A stretch of 64,000 nt of DNA from a cyanobacterium endosymbiont of Rhopalodia gibba (GTDB taxonomy: Bacteria; Cyanobacteriota; Cyanobacteriia; Cyanobacteriales; Microcystaceae): assembly GCA_045159875.1 (NCBI GenBank), contig CP067995.1, positions 1,344,001 through 1,408,000 on the forward strand, given 5' to 3'. The translations under genes and the position numbers were made by a program. The notes under the pieces were generated by a model. The model made no database searches. It was not told the origin of the DNA and was given only the letters and a program-made list of their open reading frames with translations. Numbering within the stretch: the stretch's first letter is position 1; each line of letters begins with the position of its first letter. This document shows, one piece after another, positions 55,753 through 64,000 of the stretch.

Positions 55753-56379
55753 ATGGCAAAACAAGATTGGTTAGTAACAGAAAATGGTAATTGTTTAGGG
55801 TTTGATTCTCCTAAAGAATGGGATTTATTATCCAAAACTAACCCCTATCGATTGTATCGATTTTTGGAAGAACTCGAAGATATTCTCAATCAAGGAGAAA
55901 TGACAAACCAAAACGAAAAGGATTTACTAAAGTCTATTCGTCGAGTGGTAAGAAAGTTGATTCTTAATGTTTATTGGGTAAAAACTACCATTCCTGACCC
56001 CTCCCCCAAAACAGGTACTGCGTTATCATTACTCTATGATGAACCGGGATTTTCTTTAACTCTTCAAACCGAAATTATGTTATCAGGAACTACCACCTCC
56101 ATTCATAATCATGGAACTTGGGGGGTGGTAGCTACTTTGGGAGGAAAGCAAAAAAATAGTTTCTGGAAGCAATTTTCAACTGCAGAAGTTTCCAATAAAC
56201 TTCAAAAAGTTGGGGAAAAAATACTTTGCCCAGGAGACATCATTAGTTTTACTAGCAATGCAATTCATCAGGTAGAAGCAATAGGAGATGAACCTACTTT
56301 GACTTTAAATCTTTATGGCGAAACTCTCTCCAATCGGTTCATTTTTGATCCAATTACCTATCAAACACAGAAATTTTAA
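55753..56379 (+). CDS. Cupin / cysteine-dioxygenase-like metal-dependent enzyme
   Basis: TSIHNHGTWGVV, PGDIISF, AIHQVEA and LNLYG double-stranded beta-helix motifs. Confidence 0.85.
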   Translation: MAKQDWLVTENGNCLGFDSPKEWDLLSKTNPYRLYRFLEELEDILNQGEMTNQNEKDLLKSIRRVVRKLILNVYWVKTTIPDPSPKTGTALSLLYDEPGFSLTLQTEIMLSGTTTSIHNHGTWGVVATLGGKQKNSFWKQFSTAEVSNKLQKVGEKILCPGDIISFTSNAIHQVEAIGDEPTLTLNLYGETLSNRFIFDPITYQTQKF

Positions 56380-56583
56380 ACAAACAAAAACAATTATGAT
56401 AAATTAATAATTATTGACTATATTAATTAGAGTCAAATTTATGTTGTTTTAATTAATATTGTTTAGTCCAACTTCTTTGAGCAAGACTTGATTTGAGCAT
56501 CTAAGCAAAATTAGATTCATTTTTAAACATCTTCCCTACTATTATATTTAGCTATAGACTGTAAGTTGGTATAAAAAATAATT

Positions 56584-56661
56584 ATTTTTATTTTTATTTT
56601 TATTTTTATTTTTATTTTTATTTTTATTTTTATTTTTATTTTTATTCTTATTCTTATTCTT
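56584..56661. repeat. Hexanucleotide microsatellite (ATTTTT)10(ATTCTT)3
   Basis: An A occurs at every sixth base from 56584 to 56656. Confidence 0.95.
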
Positions 56662-58661
56662 TTAATTTAGCTTTAACTGAATTACTTGTATAAACTAAAT
56701 AATTATCCAGAACAATTTTAACAATCATTATATTCTTCCATCCTCCCTCTTCTTAGATCTTTTCAATAAGTTTTGTATTTTTATGTCCTTTTTCTTCCAC
56801 TTCTCGGATACAGTTACATTTTTTCTTTTCCTCGAACATTCCATCTATAAATTGTTTCTATCATTGTGGTTTTAAAAAGTTTCACCAAATTTACATTATT
56901 TTTACTCTATGTATTTTTATCTATAAACATAATATTGTTTTTCTGGTTCTGGAAGAAGTTTTTAGGTTGCAAGTAAACTTCGACAGAGAAATAAAAAGAA
57001 ATTAATAAAGTACAATTACAGTTCTCTTTAAAAACTTCCTATGAATTAAGAAACTCTTCGAGAGTATAATTACGATACCTCAATTACTCTTGTAAAAACA
57101 AGCTTAGCAATAAACGAAAGAGAAAAAATTAAGAATAAATTTAAAATATAAAACCTAATCAAATGACAAAATACATTCTTAATTTTGTTAAAAATAACTG
57201 ATTCTATACAATCGTTTATAAGAATAACTTACCCGGCTCATTAACTGCTTGCTATACTCATCTCATAATTAATTTTAGATATTTGAACATAAGACTCTTA
57301 GATTGTCTTCCTAAAAACACTTATTCCACAAGCAACTTCTCCAGATGGTTCATAAAAATTTATTAATTCTATCGTTGATAACTTGACTAAAACCTCGATG
57401 AGACTCTGAAGTTTCTTATATTAGGATAGTCAGGACATTCTCTCCCTTCATTAAAAATGATAATCTCATGATGTATAAGTCAGAAAATTTACTTTTTTAC
57501 TGAATAATTTTACTCTTATTGTTGCTATTTTAATCATTTTAACACAATAGAAATTGAGATAAAAAATTTTATAAATGAAATAATACTTTACCATAACTTT
57601 TAAACTTAATACAATATTCATAATAAGTGTTTTCGTATAAATGACTATTCGATACTTATGAAATAAGAGTTTTTTTATCAAAAAATAGAGTAAATTTAAC
57701 TCATTATTATTGGGTATACAATTAACTATTCCATTAATTGTATTGAACAATATACTGATTTATCTAAGACTTATTCCATCTTATCATCTTTTTTAAAACT
57801 CATTAACTTAACACTTATTGATCTAAACAAATAATTTTTCTGTTTATTTTAATTTTAAAAAGTAAGTTAAAAAATATTCTTTAGTACTTTCTTTAGTACT
57901 TCCCGAAAGAATTTTTTTTGCTATGATGCCATCTGCAACTATCTTCTATTAATAAAATTTTTTTCAAATATATCTACATCTTCAGATAAATGTTCATTAA
58001 CTCATCAACTAAATTTAGCTATTTTGTATTCACTCTTAGAATTCAATTCCATAAAGTTTCTTTCGTTATAGGTTTAATCAACCTATAGATATAGGACTAG
58101 CTTACCACAGCAGTCAGCATTTCTCTAATTTAACTTTAAACTCTTCTTATTGAATTAAATTCAACTCTAGGTTAATGTAAAAAACATATATCTATTTTGA
58201 GCTTTTAATATTATTGTTTTCCCATATTTCAGCTTTTTAAATGTAAAATACTAATATTTCTTTGTTGTTCAATATATTCTCTGTTTCTATGTTTTATTAC
58301 CTGATACTACCAAGAAAGCTTTAGATAATTTAAGTAATATATTGTTTTTTATACATGATTATCTATTTTTTTTTAAAAAAAAAAGAAGTTTTTCTTCTCG
58401 ATCTCAAATTATTATTCTTAAGTTTTTAACTTCTACTTTCTATAAGTAAAACTTGTTCTTACAACAAGCGCACTGTTTTTGAGAGTCTATCTACAAAATA
58501 CTTGCTAGACTAGATATTAACTACTTATTTTATAAAATTTTAACTTGTTAGTTACTTATTTTTTAGTCTGGATAAATTAAAATACAAAACTAAATACAAT
58601 ATATTCTATATCTTATTAGATAAGGCTGTATCTTCTTATTAAGACAAGCTTTAATATTACT

Positions 58662-59561
58662 TTAATAGTGAACAAGAGGAACCCATTCATAACTGTTGAT
58701 AATTCCTTGAAAATAATCATTGATTGCTTCTCTTGAATAGGGAGTAACTCCAGTTTCTTCCCCAAACCACTTTTCATAAACTGCTACGGCTTCAGGTTGA
58801 TCACTAACAATTCCTTCCATAAATTTAACTAAACTGTAATTCACAATATTCCGCCAAACAGATTCATCTTGAGGAAGTATACAAGCATAAGATTCATAGA
58901 CATAGGGAAACTCTGGAAATACTCCTAATTCATTAGGATTCCTTGATTCTTTTTTTAATCCTTCTAGAATAATTCCATCACCTGCAAAGGCATCTATCAT
59001 CCCCTCCTCTAGTTTTTTTAACCCATCATTATGATCTTTTACTATTACTAATTTAGCAGAAGGTTGTTGTTGTTTAATCACCCGTTCATTGGTAGTTTTA
59101 GGAATTACCCCTACTTGACGGCCAGCAAGGGTGTCAATTGTTTCTAGTCCGCTCCCTTTTTTAACTAAAATTTTGGTACCACTAGCAAAATAACTCACGC
59201 TAAAATCTACTGTTTTAGTTCTTTTCCAAGTGACTGTTGTTGAAGAACATTCAATATCAATCTTTCTTTTTTCAATAAAAGAGAAGCGATTCTTAGCAGT
59301 TACTTCTACCAAATCAAGTTTAATGGGTTTACCTATTTTTTTTTGAATATCTTGACGAATTACTTCGAGAATATCCAAAGAATATCCCACCCATTTTCCT
59401 TGGTCATTAACATAACTAAAAGGGATAGCGTCTTTACGAGTTCCGGCGGTAATCACTCCAGTTTGTCTAATTCTTTCCAAAATTTCACCAGCCAAACTGG
59501 AAGATTGACTAGTTGTAGCAAACATTAAAATTAAAATTACTAAAGCTAATTTTTTCCCCAT
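58662..59561 (-). CDS. Amino-acid ABC transporter substrate-binding protein (SBP family 3, GltI/GrrP-like)
   Basis: Signal peptide, then GTRKDAIPFSY, VGYSLD, DIECSSTT, VDFSVSYF, TTNE, DAFAGDGIIL and YEKWFG. Confidence 0.88.
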   Translation of the reverse strand: MGKKLALVILILMFATTSQSSSLAGEILERIRQTGVITAGTRKDAIPFSYVNDQGKWVGYSLDILEVIRQDIQKKIGKPIKLDLVEVTAKNRFSFIEKRKIDIECSSTTVTWKRTKTVDFSVSYFASGTKILVKKGSGLETIDTLAGRQVGVIPKTTNERVIKQQQPSAKLVIVKDHNDGLKKLEEGMIDAFAGDGIILEGLKKESRNPNELGVFPEFPYVYESYACILPQDESVWRNIVNYSLVKFMEGIVSDQPEAVAVYEKWFGEETGVTPYSREAINDYFQGIINSYEWVPLVHY

Positions 59562-59777
59562 CGTCTCTTCCCTAATACAAGTTAGGTTTATAGACCAAGG
59601 AAATGTAAAGAATGTTTCGTCAAAGTTGATTGACTTAAATAATAAGAGCGGAATTTAACCAAGTCACTAAAGATCTACTTAAAAAATTTCCGTGGCTTAT
59701 GAGAAATAGATGCTAATCTAACTAGCCAGGTATGTTAACTTAATCAGTAAATCCTGATGAATTCTGCTTAGGCAAAA

Positions 59778-62700
59778 ATGACGACTAATCCTCCCAATTC
59801 ACCACTAGAACCGTTTAAAAAAAATAATTTTCTAACTAAATTAGCTAGTTTTGCTAGGCGGCCTTCTACCCTAATAATGGGTGGAATGTTGTTAATGTTG
59901 GGGGTGACAACCTATTATGGGATTAATTATTTCGTCTGTCAAAAACTATCACCTCTCCTTTCCAAAGAATTCAGTAAACTTCTTGAAAGGGAAGTCAAAG
60001 TAGGTAAAGTAGAAAGCTTTTCTCTTAATAGAATTAGTGTTGGACGTTCTTATATTCTTACGACTAAGACGGATACAGATTATGCTGAATCTAAAAAACT
60101 TGACATCAGTTTTAATCCCCTGCCAATCTTTATTGGTAGACCTTTAATTATTAATATTACTCTTAAAAAATCTAATTTTTTTATCGAACAGAATAAAAGA
60201 GGAGAATGGATTAAATTACCAAAAAATGAAGAAAAAGGAGAACTCAATATTCCAATTAATATTGACATTAAGATTCATCTCGAAGATGCAGATATTACGG
60301 TCCATCCTTATGGGTTTAGAGAACCTCTATCTCTGCAAGCAGACGGAGAAGCAAATTATAATTATAAGTCCAATGATAATCAACAATTTAGTTATGCTTT
60401 TGAGGTCAATATTCTCAACAGTGAGATTGATATAGAAGGAAAAACCAATATTAAGAGTTGGAAAACCCAAGCACAATTACAGGTTTATAAACTGGGGTTA
60501 GCTGAGCTAGTTTCTTTGATTCCTAATTTACCTATTATCCTCAACAGTGGAGAATTAAATAGTAATTTAAATCTTTATCTTCCTTCTTTAGAAGAAATAG
60601 AAGAAATTACAGGATCAGGAGAATTTAATATTTCTACTATTGAAGCAAATATTAAATCCTTAAAAACTCCCCTTAAAGTTAACTTAGGTTTAGATTTTCA
60701 AGAAAAAACTGTTCAATTACAAAATACAGAAATTAGTCTAGGAAAATTAGTTGCTAAAATTACTGGAAGAATTAATTGGGACCAAGGTTATAATGTTAAT
60801 ATTGATATTAATCCAGTTTCTCTAAAAGATTTACTTGCTATTGTTCCTCTCAAGTTGCCTCTCGAGCTAAAGGGAGAAATCCAAGGAAAAATTAAACTTA
60901 ATGGAAAAATTAAAAATCCTATTTTGACTGGAACAATTAAGAATGTAAAACTTCTGCTAATCGATCAGGTTATTATTAAGACATTTACAAGCAATTTTAA
61001 AGCTAATTTAGATTACTTTCTCCTCGAGAAGGTTAGAATTATTCCTGCTGCCGGAGGAGAAATTATAGCTAGAGCAAAAGTAGAGCCAGGAGTTCTAAAA
61101 GAGAGAAAAAAACAAAAAAAGACTAATTGGAAAAAAATTCCTTTTTTCTTTGCTTTTGATGTTAAGCTTCCCACAGAAGAATTAGCAAATTCTTATTTTA
61201 AAAAGAAACAAGATATTAGTTTAGGAAATATTACCGCTAAAGGGGAAATTATCGGAACTTTAGGAAACCCATTGGGTAAAATAGAATGGCAGTCCCCGAA
61301 TCTAATTAAAAATTCGAAAGAACAGATTTCAGGGAAAGGAATAATTTTATTGTCAGGACTAGAAATTTCACTTCAGGAAACAATTTTACGGTCTGCAGAA
61401 GGACATGTTACCATTCATGGTTTAGGGAGCTTAAAAGATCAAAAATGGAAGATATCTTTAAAAGCTAATACTTTTTCTCTAAGCCCATTTTTAATGATTA
61501 CTTGTTCAGTTATCACCTGTCCTGATCAAGTTTCTCGTCAGTCAGTTACTCTTATTAAGAGTAATGTAAAATTATCGGGTAAGTTAGATAATTTCCATTT
61601 AGTTCAAACTGATGGACAGGGAAATTTAACTGTTGATGTTGATGGTGGGACAATCGCCGTGAGTAGTCGTCTTGCTAATGACAATATAAACTCCGTCATT
61701 AGTATATCAGAAGTTTCTCTTAATCCCTATATTTCTAATTTAGCCGTTCCTACAAAAATAACAGAAAGTCACTTTAACCTATCAGGTTCGTTGGACAAAC
61801 TCTTAGGAAATTCTACTTTAAATATTCACCATCTTCAAGCAAAGGGAAATTTACAATTAACCATTGATGGTAGTCTTGTCAATGCAACTATAGATTTAGG
61901 CGATGGAATCCTACAAACAGTGGTAAGAACCTCTCAAATTTCCCTTGACAAGATTTTCCCTAATTTATTCGTTAATGCTAAGTTAATTAGAAGTAGTTTT
62001 ACCTTAACAGGAAATCTAAATTCTGTCCTCGCATCCCCAGACAAAGACTTAATTTTAAATAGTTTAAAAGCCAATGTTGAGGCACAATTTGTAGTTGAGG
62101 ATAGTCTGGTTAATATTTCTGGTAGGTTAAGAAATGGGCAGGTAAACGGGTTAATTAACCTTGGTGAATTATATCTTAATAAACTTGTTACTACCATACC
62201 TGTTACTACAAAAGTTATCGGCGGAAAAATTAAATTTTCTACTGAATTAATACCTTTACTTTCTACTAAACCTGACGTAAGTAGTGTCGAACTAATAGCT
62301 AATTTACAGCTTTCTGCCGCCCAAGGTAACATAAATACCACTACCCAATTACATAATAATCGATGGACAACAAACATCAACGCATCTAATCTCAATCCTG
62401 CTCTGATTTTAGAAAAAATTATTCCCCAAGCGTTCTCAACTAAAATTTCTAATTTAAACGCAGAAATTAAATTTTCTGGCAATATAGAAGATTTTCTGGA
62501 AGGAAAGAAAATTATTCCTGTTCAAGTTAATAATATTGCCGTTCGAGCCGACGGACAAATTTTGAATGCTCAAGGAAATTTACAATTATCTAATCTTTTA
62601 AGCAACCCTGATATTTCCAACCTAAACCTATCGGTTAATGCCAGTTCTAACTTTTATCAATTACCCTTAACTCAATTAATTCCCATTATTTCTCCAGATC

Positions 62701-64000
62701 GACAATTCTTTCTCGGAGAACTTAGCGTAGAAGGTCAGGGAGAATTTACTGGAAAATTTTTAGGGAAAAACCTTTTAACTTCTCCTACCTATCCAGGTAA
62801 TATCCAATTATTAGGAAATTTGAAATTTACCAATTTTGTCTTTAATGAGCAAGTTTTTGAAGAAATTTTAACAGGAACTATTAAAATTTCTTTTAGAGAA
62901 AAAGTTACTCTAAATTTAGAAGGCAAAGAAGATAAAATTAATGCAGTATTAATCCCTTGTACCCAAAAAAACTGTCTTGCTCCTTATATTCCCGCCTCTT
63001 TTGAATTACGTCAAACTGCTGGAGAACAATCCCCTATCCTTGTCCAAGGAATGTTAGAAGGTGATCGCCTTACCATCAAAATTGACGTATTACCTTTAAA
63101 ATTAGCTAGAATTTCTCTGGGTCGACAATATGGCATCCCTAGTTATCTTTCAGGTTCGGTTAGCAGCCAATTGGAGTTCGATACTTCCACTCTCGAAGGA
63201 CGGGGAACGCTCACTATTCACAAACCGAAGTTAGGATTTATTGAAGGGCGACAACTCACCGCAAAAGTCCAATATAAAAATAATGTGGCTTTTTTACACA
63301 ATGCAAGCCTGAAATTAGGGAAGAGTGATTACAATGTGCAAGGGTCACTTAATCTACAATCATTAGCTTTACAAGGAAAATTAACAGTTAATGATGGTCG
63401 TGTAGAAGATCTATTGACCGCCTTAAATCTTACCAACCTTGAACGGGTCTTAGACGTAATTAAATTACAACCCCCAAACTATACTACCGCCGAAGTCATC
63501 CCTCCACAATCTGTCGGAGATGCTCAAGAAACCATTGCCGAACAAGTAAACTTATTAGGGGTTATTGATAAAAAAATACGCCAATTAGCTGCTCTCCGTA
63601 AAGCAGGAGGAATTCCTACAGAATTGGATATTCGCGGTCGCTTCGATGCCAATGTTGCCCTAGGAGGAACTTTATTGGACCCCACCTTTAACCTAAAATT
63701 CATGGGAAATAAGTGGGAATGGCATCCTCAACAACCCTTCCCCGACATTGTGCCGCCCTTGGGGTTGGTGATATTAGATGAACAATTTATTCCCATTAAC
63801 TCTGTTAGAGTCCAGGCTAAGTCAATCAATGGAGTAATTGCAGTTAAATACGCACAAATACGACTAAAAGAAACACTCTTCGCTTTACAGGGAGATTTTT
63901 CCTCAAAAAATATCGATTCTGAGTGGAGAGTGCAACGCTTATCCGTTGATACCTTAGGTAACTTTGTGAAACTTCCCGTCGATATTGGTGGATTTGTTAA
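59778..64000 (+). CDS. tamB: TamB (translocation/assembly module, DUF490) family protein, runs off the window end
   Basis: ATG 59778: MTTNPPNSP..TM..KLSPLLSKEFSKLLEREVKVGKVESFSLN, then a long beta-rich frame still in register at the last bases (NFVKLPVDIGGFV). Absent from the ORF track because no stop lies in the window. Confidence 0.85.
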   Translation, partial: MTTNPPNSPLEPFKKNNFLTKLASFARRPSTLIMGGMLLMLGVTTYYGINYFVCQKLSPLLSKEFSKLLEREVKVGKVESFSLNRISVGRSYILTTKTDTDYAESKKLDISFNPLPIFIGRPLIINITLKKSNFFIEQNKRGEWIKLPKNEEKGELNIPINIDIKIHLEDADITVHPYGFREPLSLQADGEANYNYKSNDNQQFSYAFEVNILNSEIDIEGKTNIKSWKTQAQLQVYKLGLAELVSLIPNLPIILNSGELNSNLNLYLPSLEEIEEITGSGEFNISTIEANIKSLKTPLKVNLGLDFQEKTVQLQNTEISLGKLVAKITGRINWDQGYNVNIDINPVSLKDLLAIVPLKLPLELKGEIQGKIKLNGKIKNPILTGTIKNVKLLLIDQVIIKTFTSNFKANLDYFLLEKVRIIPAAGGEIIARAKVEPGVLKERKKQKKTNWKKIPFFFAFDVKLPTEELANSYFKKKQDISLGNITAKGEIIGTLGNPLGKIEWQSPNLIKNSKEQISGKGIILLSGLEISLQETILRSAEGHVTIHGLGSLKDQKWKISLKANTFSLSPFLMITCSVITCPDQVSRQSVTLIKSNVKLSGKLDNFHLVQTDGQGNLTVDVDGGTIAVSSRLANDNINSVISISEVSLNPYISNLAVPTKITESHFNLSGSLDKLLGNSTLNIHHLQAKGNLQLTIDGSLVNATIDLGDGILQTVVRTSQISLDKIFPNLFVNAKLIRSSFTLTGNLNSVLASPDKDLILNSLKANVEAQFVVEDSLVNISGRLRNGQVNGLINLGELYLNKLVTTIPVTTKVIGGKIKFSTELIPLLSTKPDVSSVELIANLQLSAAQGNINTTTQLHNNRWTTNINASNLNPALILEKIIPQAFSTKISNLNAEIKFSGNIEDFLEGKKIIPVQVNNIAVRADGQILNAQGNLQLSNLLSNPDISNLNLSVNASSNFYQLPLTQLIPIISPDRQFFLGELSVEGQGEFTGKFLGKNLLTSPTYPGNIQLLGNLKFTNFVFNEQVFEEILTGTIKISFREKVTLNLEGKEDKINAVLIPCTQKNCLAPYIPASFELRQTAGEQSPILVQGMLEGDRLTIKIDVLPLKLARISLGRQYGIPSYLSGSVSSQLEFDTSTLEGRGTLTIHKPKLGFIEGRQLTAKVQYKNNVAFLHNASLKLGKSDYNVQGSLNLQSLALQGKLTVNDGRVEDLLTALNLTNLERVLDVIKLQPPNYTTAEVIPPQSVGDAQETIAEQVNLLGVIDKKIRQLAALRKAGGIPTELDIRGRFDANVALGGTLLDPTFNLKFMGNKWEWHPQQPFPDIVPPLGLVILDEQFIPINSVRVQAKSINGVIAVKYAQIRLKETLFALQGDFSSKNIDSEWRVQRLSVDTLGNFVKLPVDIGGFV

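Noticed and set aside
57466..57750. 94-aa ORF, also 18299-18487, 42768-42971 and 50732-50950
   Set aside because: These are low-complexity or motif-free frames in AT-rich decayed DNA, likely chance ORFs.

Overview
This is a 64 kb segment of a Chroococcales-type (Cyanothece/Crocosphaera-like) cyanobacterial chromosome undergoing reductive evolution. About 26 intact genes and tRNA-Leu(UAG) are separated by long, very AT-rich spacers. The intact genes include acnB, aroC, sir, gloB, hpf/lrtA, lipB, dnaN, holB, ctaA, ndhV, psbI, hddA/hddC-like genes, GH38 and GH13 glycosidases, a group 2 sigma factor, a Ser/Thr kinase, and envelope genes (O-antigen ligase-like, DUF3769/LptD-like, LCP, TamB). Translating the spacers by hand shows that many are gene fossils: por, argZ/agrE, an AIPR-family gene, DUF362, an aldo/keto reductase and conserved hypotheticals. 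They also hold dead IS982 (three copies), IS630 (two), TnpB and probably IS1634 elements. By inference, this pattern best fits a non-photosynthetic cyanobacterial endosymbiont such as the spheroid body/diazoplast of rhopalodiacean diatoms. I found no CRISPR array, intact mobile element or clearly novel multi-gene system. The most interesting signals are: an intact psbI missed by the ORF track, with a GC-rich structured element behind it; the deletion-riddled argZ; a ribbon-helix-helix tail on sulfite reductase; directional decay of HIP1 sites; a 17-bp direct repeat bracketing a promoter; and retained sugar-hydrolysing genes. All family calls come from motif recognition by eye, not database searches. 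Pseudogene boundaries are approximate.
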